Source of the DNA: Anaerohalosphaeraceae bacterium
GTDB lineage: Bacteria; Planctomycetota; Phycisphaerae; Sedimentisphaerales; Anaerohalosphaeraceae
Direction of reading: 5' to 3'
NCBI GenBank assembly: GCA_963675525.2
Contig: CAXXSL010000013.1
Span: 128,001 to 192,000 of the forward strand
DNA: 64,000 nt
The notes beneath the pieces are model-generated. The model made no database searches and had not been told where the DNA came from. It was given only the letters and a program-made list of their open reading frames with translations. Of the stretch, positions 38,456-47,827 are shown one piece after another (the stretch's first letter is position 1; each line of letters opens with the position of its first letter). Position numbers and translations under genes: made by a program.

Positions 38456-40184
38456 GCTGCAACAACTCAATATAAAACTACGGAATATTGTTGTCTGTTT
38501 TGTCATTGGCTGCTTAATAATTCCAACCGCTGTCGCCGAGATCACGCTTCGACAACAGACAATTCACAAAACAATTACTGAAGCTGTTAAGGCAATTAAC
38601 ACTGGAAACAATGGAGCCTACAGCCCGGTGATCCCGAAACGTCGGGGATTGTATCCTATTATTTGCGGAGATGCGGAAACTTATACGGCCAATCCTTTGC
38701 ACCTACAGGGCAGTTGCCCGCCTATTTTGTTAGCAGGATGGTTTGGCAGAGGAAAGATCATTGCTGCGGGACATGATGGGTGGCTTCTGGAAAGTTCAGA
38801 AGCTGTACAGGAAACCAAGCTTGCCGCGAACTGCCTGCGATGGCTGGTTGGTTCTTCTCAGAATCCCTGCATTGCATTCTATACTTCCATCGGCTCGCTG
38901 GTCTCTATAAAAACAGTTTCTTCAAATATTAAAAAAGAATTCTCTGAACAGGGTATTACATTCATAGACCTGTCCGAAAAAGTATCCAGCGAAAGTCTAT
39001 CAGGTTGTTCGGTCCTTGTCATCGCCCGGCCTCATCTGCGCTCCATGTCGGAAGACGAAGCCGTCATTATCAGCCAGTTTGTAAAAGACGGGGGCAGCTT
39101 GTTTATAGCAGGCCTTGGGTGGTTCTGGCTCCGAAATAATCCCGACTCGCTGATTTCCGATTTCCCCCTGAATACTCTCGGCCGTCATATAGGAATCGAA
39201 TACTCGGAGGATATAATATATAAGCAAGACCGGGAGGGACGGCGGCGCCATGCTGCATTTCAAGTGGATTCTCCTGTTGTATGGCGACCTAAGCGAACAA
39301 AAGTATTCAACCCGGCAGAAACAACAGATCAAAGCATCCTCATGTCCGTGAGAAAATATAAGGATACTCATAATTTTGCGTTTGAGGGAGAACATGTGAT
39401 TCTAAGTCTGCCGGGGGAGGCTTTTTTACAGTTGCATAGCCCCATAAAGGCCGTCAAGGATCTTGATACTGTTTACAAAACGCACAAACGTCTGGCTGAT
39501 AATGTACCCTACAGCGGCCGGAAGATTTCTATCGTCGTGGTGAATCGACTGTGTTTTCATTTATGTTCAGGCAATCCCATTCTTATCCGTAAGGATCGTA
39601 TACCAGTCGTATTGAACGATTTCAACGAGTTAGGCCATGCGGGCTGGGGATTGATACACGAACTGGGGCATGATTTCGTCGCTTCGGGACACAAACATAT
39701 TTATCCGCTTGGCCCGGGGGACAATGAGTGCTGGACGAATATGTTTACGCTCCACGCTTTTGAGACACTCGACCTGAAAGAAGTTCAAAGCGACACGCAT
39801 GACGCCAATATTCGTAAAGGGCTATCATATTATTATGCCAACAAAGCAGATTACGACCTGCTTAAGAACGACCGATGGACAATGCTGAGTTTGCTTAAAA
39901 TTATCAAGGACACCTATGGTTGGGATTGCTATTACAGCTTTTTCAAAGTATGTGTACAAAAAGCCAAAACCAATAAAATACCCGGTACTGAACAGGAAAA
40001 AGTTGACTTTATTGTTGAAGAATTGTCCAAAGCGGCACAGGCCGATCTTGGCAACTATTTTGTGCGATGGGGATTTCCGGTTTCCGCATCGGTGCTTCAG
40101 GAATTGCAAAACCTTCCACCGGCAGATTTAGATCAAGCGGCAAAAGCGATGGCATTAAAATATAGCGTACCGATAAAGGATTAG
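38445..40184 (+). CDS. secreted M60-like (enhancin-family) zinc peptidase
   Basis: Signal peptide; WGLIHELGH (HExxH) followed by NECWTN; C-terminal YFVRWG. Confidence 0.7.
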   Translation: MHYKLQQLNIKLRNIVVCFVIGCLIIPTAVAEITLRQQTIHKTITEAVKAINTGNNGAYSPVIPKRRGLYPIICGDAETYTANPLHLQGSCPPILLAGWFGRGKIIAAGHDGWLLESSEAVQETKLAANCLRWLVGSSQNPCIAFYTSIGSLVSIKTVSSNIKKEFSEQGITFIDLSEKVSSESLSGCSVLVIARPHLRSMSEDEAVIISQFVKDGGSLFIAGLGWFWLRNNPDSLISDFPLNTLGRHIGIEYSEDIIYKQDREGRRRHAAFQVDSPVVWRPKRTKVFNPAETTDQSILMSVRKYKDTHNFAFEGEHVILSLPGEAFLQLHSPIKAVKDLDTVYKTHKRLADNVPYSGRKISIVVVNRLCFHLCSGNPILIRKDRIPVVLNDFNELGHAGWGLIHELGHDFVASGHKHIYPLGPGDNECWTNMFTLHAFETLDLKEVQSDTHDANIRKGLSYYYANKADYDLLKNDRWTMLSLLKIIKDTYGWDCYYSFFKVCVQKAKTNKIPGTEQEKVDFIVEELSKAAQADLGNYFVRWGFPVSASVLQELQNLPPADLDQAAKAMALKYSVPIKD

Positions 40185-40189
40185 TAAGT

Positions 40190-40294
40190 ATGAAGATTAA
40201 AGAGATTACGCAGGCTATTGAGCAAATTGCGCCGCTTCCCCTGCCCGCACAAATCGAAACCGTTCAGTCCAAAAAAATCTGGATTCCGGGGTAA
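40190..40294 (+). pseudogene. stranded 5' fragment of the nif3-like gene
   Basis: MKIKEITQAIEQIAPLPL vs MKIKDIANAVEQIAPLGL at 41408; homology lost after ~18 codons, stop at 40294. Confidence 0.75.
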
Positions 40295-40309
40295 TAGCTA
40301 AAAAAGATA

Positions 40310-40557
40310 TCGCCCCGTTGGGGCTTGGACAATAAGGAATGAGTTGTGTAGCATAAATCATTCCCGGAGGTTGAAACCTCCGGCTACTGTATAATCCCTT
40401 CGGGATTATTGAAGAATCGTCTCGAAGACAAGATAGTATCCCGAGGGGCAGTAGCAGCTTAGAGAAGAATAAAAGTCCCGAAGGGACCAAATATAATAGC
40501 CCGAGGCGTAAGCCTCCGGAAAGCGAGTGACAGTAACACCAAGCCCCAGAGGGGCGA
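40310..40557. repeat. inverted pair of three-hairpin REP-like elements
   Basis: TCGCCCC-GTT-GGGGCT / CCGGAGG-TTGAAA-CCTCCGG-CTA / TCCC-TTC-GGGA, then the mirrored GTCCC-GAA-GGGAC / GAGGC-GTAA-GCCTC / AGCCCC-AGA-GGGGCGA. Confidence 0.75.
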
Positions 40558-40577
40558 CATTTTAACAAGAGTTAAAA

Positions 40578-41411
40578 ATGAACGATCAACCAGAAACAAA
40601 AAAAGTGAAACAGATAAATACCGGCAAAATCGGTTTTATACTGTCTTTTGCTGCGCCGGTGTCTATCGTCGCTTCTCCAATCATTATTTTATTTTTAATT
40701 CCTTCATCAATGCCCGCTTGGATGCTGTTTCTTATCCCTCTAGTGCTTTTTCCTCTTTCCATCTTCTACTGCATCCACGGCCTTGTCAAAAAAAAGAGTC
40801 CAAAACTGGCAATAACGGGGCTACTCATCAACCCCTTAAGTATCGTAATTCTTTGTTTTCTATTCATCACATTCACACCTCCTGGCTCTATGCCATACCC
40901 ATTAAATATCTATAAATTTAAAAGGGCATTGGAATGTGACTTCTGGCTTGATTACGATAGAGAACACATTATTGACGTGCAAAGCCAAAATACTATCATC
41001 CTTTCTAAACAAGGTGCAATTCATTTTCAAGCCACACCAAATACTTATGATAAGAATTCTGTAATTAAATATGCAGAAGATAATGGCTGGAAATACCACC
41101 TTTCTGTCAAGTTAACTAAAGAGGATTTTGATAAATACGAAACAGGTGATGATAACAACTTAAGCTCATATGTTATCTTCCTGCTAAAACCCTCACCGAT
41201 TCTACTAAAACAGGACTGCACACTATTCGTATTTGAAACGGGTAATATTCATGGAATGCCCAGCTATATCATGATATCAAAAGATTTAAGCGAAATGGTC
41301 GTGTTTTTCTATAATGCTCGATTACCTGATCCTGCAATGAAATTCTGGATACCAGAACCATTTATCGAGCTACATGAAATACAATCCCAAGAAAAGGAAG
41401 ATATAAAATGA
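40578..41411 (+). CDS. hypothetical membrane protein (AT-rich)
   Basis: About three N-terminal TM helices; low GC; stop overlaps the nif3 start (ATGA). Confidence 0.65.
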   Translation: MNDQPETKKVKQINTGKIGFILSFAAPVSIVASPIIILFLIPSSMPAWMLFLIPLVLFPLSIFYCIHGLVKKKSPKLAITGLLINPLSIVILCFLFITFTPPGSMPYPLNIYKFKRALECDFWLDYDREHIIDVQSQNTIILSKQGAIHFQATPNTYDKNSVIKYAEDNGWKYHLSVKLTKEDFDKYETGDDNNLSSYVIFLLKPSPILLKQDCTLFVFETGNIHGMPSYIMISKDLSEMVVFFYNARLPDPAMKFWIPEPFIELHEIQSQEKEDIK

Positions 41412-42529
41412 AAATTAAAGATATAGCTAATGCTGTTGAGCAAATCGCCCCGCTGGGGTTGGCGCAGGGGTGGGATAATGTTGGGTTTTTAATCGGCGAT
41501 CCGAATAAGGTGATTAAAAATATTCTGATTACCATTGATACGACGATGGCTGTGGTTGAAGAAGCCAAAAAGCAAAAGGCCGACTTGATTTTGTCCTATC
41601 ATCCGATTATATGGGATGGATTAAAGAAAATAACCGCCGATGGCGAAACGGCGAATGTCTATGCACTGATCAAAGCGGGCATCGGCGTGTTTTCGCTTCA
41701 TACGGCGCTGGATGTCGCCGCAGGCGGGGTCAATGATGCACTGGCGGATATTCTCGGTATCGAAAACGCAACGCCCATCGGCGATTACGTCGCCGACCCG
41801 GCCGGGCCCAAGTACAAAATCGTTACCTTTGTGCCGGACAATGCCATCAACACAGTGGCCGAGGCTTTATACGCCGCGGGCGCGGGTGCTATCGGCAACT
41901 ATTCGGAATGCGGCTTTATGCACGAAGGCGTCGGCACGTTCAAGCCGCTGGCCGGAGCCAATCCAACCATCGGCACGCAGGGCAAACGCCAGCGGGTCAG
42001 CGAAATCCGGCTCGAATCCGTCGCCCGCGCTGACAAAGTTGCCGCGGTGATTGCCGCCCTGCGCCAATCGCACCCTTACGAAACCCCGGCGTTTGACGTG
42101 TTTCAGCATTGCGACGTGGAAAACAAACTGGGCCTGGGCCGTATCGGCACACTGAAAACACCGCTTTCCATGGACAAAGCGATCGCCAATATTAAAAAAG
42201 TTACCGACTGCAAAGCCGTCGGTCTGGTCGGTCCGGCTAAACGAACGGTCAAAAAAGCGGCAGTTTGTGCCGGTTCCTGCGGGAAAATCATCAATTCCGT
42301 CATCGCACAGGGTGCGGACCTGTACCTGACCGGCGAACTGAAACACCATCAGGCTCTGGCCGCCCAGGAAGCGGGAATGACCTGTATTTGCCTGTCGCAT
42401 ACGGTTTCGGAACGATTTGCACTGAAAAATCTGGCAAAACAATTGAAAAATCGCCTCAAAAACGTCACAATACGCATCAGTAAGAAAGACAAGGACCCAT
42501 TTAATTGGGTATTGACTAATGATTATTGA
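41408..42529 (+). CDS. Nif3-like dinuclear metal protein (GTP cyclohydrolase I type 2 family) with PII-like insert
   Basis: WDNVG, YHPI, HTALD, GAGAIGNYSEC, HPYE. Confidence 0.92.
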   Translation: MKIKDIANAVEQIAPLGLAQGWDNVGFLIGDPNKVIKNILITIDTTMAVVEEAKKQKADLILSYHPIIWDGLKKITADGETANVYALIKAGIGVFSLHTALDVAAGGVNDALADILGIENATPIGDYVADPAGPKYKIVTFVPDNAINTVAEALYAAGAGAIGNYSECGFMHEGVGTFKPLAGANPTIGTQGKRQRVSEIRLESVARADKVAAVIAALRQSHPYETPAFDVFQHCDVENKLGLGRIGTLKTPLSMDKAIANIKKVTDCKAVGLVGPAKRTVKKAAVCAGSCGKIINSVIAQGADLYLTGELKHHQALAAQEAGMTCICLSHTVSERFALKNLAKQLKNRLKNVTIRISKKDKDPFNWVLTNDY

Positions 42530-42551
42530 ATAATAAGTTTGGAAATCGTAA

Positions 42552-43268
42552 ATGACACAGAACGAAAAGATCGACATTGAGACAGATGAACAGGACGAAG
42601 CCGCCCAGCCGGAAGAAATAGAAGCGGAAGCGATAGTCGAAGAACAGCCGGAGCCTGAACAAGCCCCGGCCGACTCGGATCAGGATATGGATGATGATTT
42701 GGATGACGAACCGGACGACGAACCCGCTGAGGAGATTGACGAAATCGAGGCGACGCTTGAAACGGTTATCGAGTCGGTGCTGTTTGCCAGCGATGAACCG
42801 CTCAGTCCCAAGCGGCTGGTTGATATCGCCGAAGCCGGTTCCGTCAAGCGCATTCGCCAGTGCGTTAAAACGCTGAACAGAAAATATCGTGAGAACGGGA
42901 TTTCGTTCCGCATCGAAAAAATCTCCGGCGGTTACCAGATGATGACGCTGCCGGCGTTTAATCCGTGGATCAGCAAGCTCATCAAAGTGCGCTCCGACAA
43001 CAAGCTCACCCCCGCCGCACTGGAAACGCTGGCGATTGTGGCGTATAAACAGCCCATCATCCGCGCTGATGTCGAAGCCATCCGCGGCGTCGCTTCCGGC
43101 GAGATTCTGCGAAACCTCATGTACAAGGGAATGGTAAAAATCGTCGGCCGCGCCGAAATCCTCGGCCGCCCCATGCTCTACGGCACGACCAAAAAATTCC
43201 TCGACGTCTTCGGACTGAACACCCTCAAAGACCTGCCCAAAATTGAAGAACTCAAAGCCCCCGAATAA
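42552..43268 (+). CDS. scpB: SMC-Scp complex subunit ScpB
   Basis: IESVLFAS, ALETLAIVAYKQP, IRGV, GRP.LYGTT..FL..FGL; acidic N-terminal extension. Confidence 0.95.
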   Translation: MTQNEKIDIETDEQDEAAQPEEIEAEAIVEEQPEPEQAPADSDQDMDDDLDDEPDDEPAEEIDEIEATLETVIESVLFASDEPLSPKRLVDIAEAGSVKRIRQCVKTLNRKYRENGISFRIEKISGGYQMMTLPAFNPWISKLIKVRSDNKLTPAALETLAIVAYKQPIIRADVEAIRGVASGEILRNLMYKGMVKIVGRAEILGRPMLYGTTKKFLDVFGLNTLKDLPKIEELKAPE

Positions 43269-43344
43269 TGGGAACGCGGGCCTCTCACCCGTTTTAATTT
43301 AGCCACCGAGGACACCGAGGTTTAAGAAAAAAGGAAGGATTGGC

Positions 43345-43800
43345 ATGAAACAGAAAAAATACTCTGATTCCAAAATTAAGACGGCACAGAAATTCCTGTC
43401 AAAATATGATCTTCCTTTTGAAACGTTGGATGAATCTCAAAAAAAGGTTGTAATCAATTACACGGGGGTTAAAAAATTATTTTGGCTCGTTTTAGCTGCA
43501 CTTATCTTTGGTTTTGTCGTTGATTTTTGGGGAGCGTGTCTAATTTATAGTCACTCACAAACTATTTTCGACCAAGCTGCAGAAAGATCTGCTTCCGCAG
43601 AAAAAATCAACCTTCACACAGATGAGAGATTATGCTTTATGCAGGGATTTACTGTCGGATTAGAGGCTTGTGCCGCATTAGTCATGCTTAGTTGTATTAT
43701 TATGTTTATAATGATTTCACGATGGCGGGGGCAAGTTTTCGATGCGTTTTTACCATCTCTAAAAAACAATATAGATAATGACCAAACTCCAATCGACTAA
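43345..43800 (+). CDS. hypothetical membrane protein (AT-rich)
   Basis: Two TM segments; RBS AAGGA. Confidence 0.55.
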   Translation: MKQKKYSDSKIKTAQKFLSKYDLPFETLDESQKKVVINYTGVKKLFWLVLAALIFGFVVDFWGACLIYSHSQTIFDQAAERSASAEKINLHTDERLCFMQGFTVGLEACAALVMLSCIIMFIMISRWRGQVFDAFLPSLKNNIDNDQTPID

Positions 43801-44848
43801 GATTCAAACGTTGCTGTTGAAGTGGTTTCGCGCCAATGCCCGTGACCTGCCGTGGCGGAAGAACCGCACACCGTATGCGGTTTGGGTTTCTGAAATCATG
43901 CTCCAGCAAACACAGGTTGCTACCGTCATCGACTATTTCAATCGCTTCCTGAAACGCTTTCCGACCGTGGAAAAACTGGCCCGGGCCAAACAGGATAGCA
44001 TACTGAAACTGTGGGAGGGTTTAGGCTATTACAGCCGGGGTCGCAATCTGCACAAGGGCGCCAAACTCATTGTCAGCGACTACAATGGTCAACTTCCCGA
44101 CACCCTTGACGAACTGCAGAAAATCCCCGGTATTGGTCGTTATACCGCCGGAGCGATTGCCAGCATTGCGTTTAATAAGCCCGCTCCGATTCTTGACGGC
44201 AATGTCATTCGTGTGCTGTGCCGGCTTTTTCGCATCAAGGGTAATCCCAAAGACACCGCCGTCAAAAACAAACTTTGGGAATTGGCCGATATGCTGGTGC
44301 ATACCAAACACCCCGGCGACTTCAACGAAGCGATGATGGAACTGGGCGCGATGGTCTGCACACCATCCAATCCCCTGTGTTCATCGTGCCCCCTGATGAA
44401 AACCTGCGAAGCGTTTAAACATAACGAACAGGAAAGCCTGCCGTTCAAGCAAAAGCAAGCCCGGCTGCCGCATTATACCATCGTTGTCGGGGTTGTTTAT
44501 AAAGACGGCAAAATCCTGATTGACAAGCGCAAACAGAACGCCCTGCTCGGCGGGTTGTGGGAATTTCCCGGCGGCAAAAAACGAAAAGACGAATCATTCA
44601 AAGCCGCTGTCACGCGTGAGGTGAAAGAAGAAACCGGCATCCACATCAAAGTCGGCAAGCGCCAGTGCATCGTCAAGCACACGTATTCACACTTCAAAAT
44701 CACCCTGCATGCTTATTTATGCGATTATAAATCCGGCACGGCAAAACCGCTGGGCTGCGATGCGGTTAAATGGGTAACGCCGAAAGAATTAAAAAGATAC
44801 GCCTTCCCCGGAGCCAATATAAAAATCATTAAGCATTTAACATCTTAA
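43778..44848 (+). CDS. mutY: A/G-specific adenine glycosylase with Nudix C-terminal domain
   Basis: RDLPWR, SEIMLQQTQV, WEGLGYY, PGIGRYTA, CTPSNPLCSSCP.C. Confidence 0.96.
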   Translation: MTKLQSTKIQTLLLKWFRANARDLPWRKNRTPYAVWVSEIMLQQTQVATVIDYFNRFLKRFPTVEKLARAKQDSILKLWEGLGYYSRGRNLHKGAKLIVSDYNGQLPDTLDELQKIPGIGRYTAGAIASIAFNKPAPILDGNVIRVLCRLFRIKGNPKDTAVKNKLWELADMLVHTKHPGDFNEAMMELGAMVCTPSNPLCSSCPLMKTCEAFKHNEQESLPFKQKQARLPHYTIVVGVVYKDGKILIDKRKQNALLGGLWEFPGGKKRKDESFKAAVTREVKEETGIHIKVGKRQCIVKHTYSHFKITLHAYLCDYKSGTAKPLGCDAVKWVTPKELKRYAFPGANIKIIKHLTS

Positions 44849-44852
44849 CGCC

Positions 44853-44881
44853 CCCTGCGCTGGCGATTCGGGCTTTTGTTT
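44853..44881. repeat. 29-bp REP-like repeat
   Basis: CCCTGCGCTGGCGATTCGGGCTTTTGTTT; second copy of 26156-26184. Confidence 0.7.
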
Positions 44882-44883
44882 AC

Positions 44884-45315
44884 CTAAAACCCGTACGCCT
44901 TTTTCAACTGTTCTTCTGTCGGCATGGTGTCGTACATTTCGCCTCGCGGGCCGACGTAGCCGCCGGAAGCAGTTTTGGTCAGTTTTACCGGTGTCTTCGA
45001 GCCATTGCTGTTGGTCAGCCAGACCGTCACCGTGTTAGCATCGTTCTGCACGGTTTGTGCCCGCGTTTGAGCTTGCTGTTGGGCTTGCTGTTCTTTTTTC
45101 TTATCATCCATGCTGCCCAGGATATACCCGGCGCCTGCCCCGACGCCCGCCCCGATCATGGTCGATTTTGTATCGCCGCCAGCCAATTGGCCGACACCCG
45201 CTCCGATCGCCGTGCCCCAGGCAGCCTTGCTCTGGGCCTCGGTTTCACACCCGCCGACCGCCAAAATCCCGAATCCCGCGGCAATAACCAATATTGCTGT
45301 TATCAGATGTCTCAT
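44884..45315 (-). CDS. glycine-zipper lipoprotein
   Basis: Lipobox VGGC; GTAIGAGVG..IGAGVGAGAG. Confidence 0.8.
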   Translation of the reverse strand: MRHLITAILVIAAGFGILAVGGCETEAQSKAAWGTAIGAGVGQLAGGDTKSTMIGAGVGAGAGYILGSMDDKKKEQQAQQQAQTRAQTVQNDANTVTVWLTNSNGSKTPVKLTKTASGGYVGPRGEMYDTMPTEEQLKKAYGF

Positions 45316-45388
45316 AACAATTACTCCTTTTCTATGGGTTTTTCTGTTCGCTACTTATTCTACTTAAAATAACGGCCTTTGTTCTGAC

Positions 45389-45417
45389 TTGTAAAAGCCG
45401 CCGGTATATCTTATAAT
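45389..45417 (+). promoter_or_regulatory. sigma70-type promoter for dapB
   Basis: TTGTAA-N17-TATAAT. Confidence 0.5.
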
Positions 45418-45462
45418 CGGCCAAACTATGTTAAAAGCTGAGGAAAATGTACAGGAGTTAAC

Positions 45463-46263
45463 ATGAAACCGGGATTAATCATAACTGGAGCCGCCGGACG
45501 GATGGGAAAACGCATTCTGGCCCTGTCGGTAGAGCAAAAAGCTTTTAACCTCGTCGGGGCGGTCGATTACCCCGAACATCCCGACCTTGGCAAGGACATC
45601 GGCACATTAGCCGGTATGGAATCGGTGAATGTGGAACTATCCGCCGATTTTCCGGAAACAGCCGATGTCATGATCGATTTTTCGCTGCCGGTTGCCGCAG
45701 ATGCCTCGATTGATTATTGCGCCAAAAACAATGTTGCCCTTGTCATGGGGACGACGGGGTTGTCCGAGGCACAGATTGAAAAGCTGAAACAGGCAAGTCA
45801 AAAGATCGCCATCATGCAGGCCACGAATATGAGCCTCGGCATGAACCTGCTGTTCGCTATGGTCGGCAAGGTCGCCAAATCACTCGGCGAAGAGTACGAC
45901 ATCGAGATCGTCGAGGCCCATCACCGCTTTAAAAAGGATGCTCCCAGCGGCAGCGCCCTGTCGCTGGCTGAAGCGATCTGTAAAGAAACCGGCCGCGACT
46001 GGCCGGGGTGCCTGACGCATGGTCGCGAAGGCAAAGACGCCCTGCGTCAAAAAGGGACCATCGGGATGCACGCAGTCCGCGCCGGTGATATTGTCGGCCG
46101 GCACAGTGTGATTTACAGCACACTCGGCGAGACAATCACTATCGCCCACAACGCCCACACACGCGATACGTTCGCACGGGGGGCTATCCGCGCCGCCGAA
46201 TGGCTGATCGCCCAAAAACCGGGACTTTACAACATGCTCGACGTGCTCGGTTTAAAAGAATAA
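45463..46263 (+). CDS. dapB: 4-hydroxy-tetrahydrodipicolinate reductase
   Basis: GAAGRMG, IDFS, GTTG, EAHHRFKKDAPSG. Confidence 0.97.
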   Translation: MKPGLIITGAAGRMGKRILALSVEQKAFNLVGAVDYPEHPDLGKDIGTLAGMESVNVELSADFPETADVMIDFSLPVAADASIDYCAKNNVALVMGTTGLSEAQIEKLKQASQKIAIMQATNMSLGMNLLFAMVGKVAKSLGEEYDIEIVEAHHRFKKDAPSGSALSLAEAICKETGRDWPGCLTHGREGKDALRQKGTIGMHAVRAGDIVGRHSVIYSTLGETITIAHNAHTRDTFARGAIRAAEWLIAQKPGLYNMLDVLGLKE

Positions 46264-46353
46264 CAACTATCGCTATTATCAGCATGGGGGCACGATTCTT
46301 CATAAGTGCAAAGCAATAACATTAAAATAATCAGAAAACCAAGAGAGGACGAA

Positions 46354-47694
46354 ATGATTCGGCAACCAAAAATCATGCGATATTTAAAGACATCTGTATG
46401 TTGCTTTTTTTTAGTTTTGGCACCTGCTTTTCCAGTAGGTAATAAACACGTTTTTCCTGATACCCGCTCTGATAACTTGCCGCCAAAAATCAAGTACCTG
46501 TTCGACTTTGGGGCCGGTCCGGTTGAAAATGGATACACTCAAGTCACTTCCGACATGCTTTATACCTCAGAACGGGGCTTCGGTTTTCTCGAAAATAATA
46601 ACGTTTCCATGCAAGACCGGAAAATCCCCCATGCTTTGAATACGGATTTCTGCACGAGCGAGGAGCCCTTCCTGTTTTCCGTCGATGTCCCCGAAGAAGG
46701 CAATTACCGTGTCACGATGATCTTGGGCGGCGATACGGAGCCGTCTTCGATGGTCGTCAAAGCCGAATCACGCCGGCTGATGCTGGAAAACATCGAGACA
46801 CAACCCGGCATATCGATAACCCGAACCATCGCTGTCAACGTGCGCAACAGTCTTATCCCCGGCGGCGGGAAGGTTCGCCTCAAAAGCCGGGAAATTGGCG
46901 TATTCCACTGGGACAATAGTCTGACTCTGGAATTCAACGGAAAACACCCCTGTATCTGTGCGATTGAAATTGAAAAAGCCGACGATCTGGTAACTGTGTT
47001 TCTGGCAGGCGATTCAACCGTCACCGACCAGACAAAAGAACCGTGGACCTCATGGGGACAGATGTTGACGCGGTTTTTTAAACCCGAGGCCGCCATTGCC
47101 AATTATGCTGAATCCGGTGAGACGCTCAGCGCATTTATGGGCGAAAAGCGGTTGGAGAAACTCCTGACCCAAATAAAAGCGGGCGACTACCTGCTTGTCC
47201 AGTTCGCCCACAATGACATGAAACGCGGAACACCGGAGGAAATCGGGTATCAAAAATCACTGAAACATTTTATTGATGAAGCTCGAAAGCGGGAGGCTCA
47301 TCCCGTACTTGTAACATCGATGCATCGCCGCTCTTTCGGTGACAACGGAAAAGTTCTCGATACCATGAAAGGCTTTCCCGAGGCGATGCGCCGGGTGGCA
47401 ATAGAAGAAAATGTTCCGTTGATCGACCTGCATACAATGAGCCGGGCCTTTTATGAAGCCATGGGGCCGGAAGAGTCGGCCAAAGCGTTTCAGGACGGTA
47501 CACACCACAACGCCTACGGAGCTTATGAACTGGCCAAATGCATCATTGAAGGCATCAAAGCCAACGTTCCGGCACTGGTCCCCTACCTGGTCAATGATGT
47601 GCCGCCTTTCGATCCGGCCAAACCGGATGCGGTTGATTCGCTTAATATTCCCGCCAGCCCCATGAGTTCTGACACAAAACCGGAAGGCAGTTAG
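46354..47694 (+). CDS. rhamnogalacturonan acetylesterase (CE12, SGNH)
   Basis: FDFG N-terminal domain; LAGDSTV, SWGQ, QFAHND, DGTHH. Confidence 0.88.
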   Translation: MIRQPKIMRYLKTSVCCFFLVLAPAFPVGNKHVFPDTRSDNLPPKIKYLFDFGAGPVENGYTQVTSDMLYTSERGFGFLENNNVSMQDRKIPHALNTDFCTSEEPFLFSVDVPEEGNYRVTMILGGDTEPSSMVVKAESRRLMLENIETQPGISITRTIAVNVRNSLIPGGGKVRLKSREIGVFHWDNSLTLEFNGKHPCICAIEIEKADDLVTVFLAGDSTVTDQTKEPWTSWGQMLTRFFKPEAAIANYAESGETLSAFMGEKRLEKLLTQIKAGDYLLVQFAHNDMKRGTPEEIGYQKSLKHFIDEARKREAHPVLVTSMHRRSFGDNGKVLDTMKGFPEAMRRVAIEENVPLIDLHTMSRAFYEAMGPEESAKAFQDGTHHNAYGAYELAKCIIEGIKANVPALVPYLVNDVPPFDPAKPDAVDSLNIPASPMSSDTKPEGS

Positions 47695-47827
47695 ATAAAT
47701 AAATTTCATTCAAACTAGATTTTTCAGTTTAATATTGAAATAAAAAACGGCTTTATTCTGTTTTTATTGACAGAATGAGGGGGAGTTTGCAATGTTTTCG
47801 AAAAATAAGAGAAAGGTAAGAATAACT

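Noticed and set aside
40310..40557. CRISPR array
   Set aside because: The hairpins differ in sequence and orientation, there is no regular repeat-spacer period and no cas genes.
40215..40568. 117-aa minus-strand ORF
   Set aside because: It lies entirely over palindromic repeats and the nif3 fragment; likely spurious.
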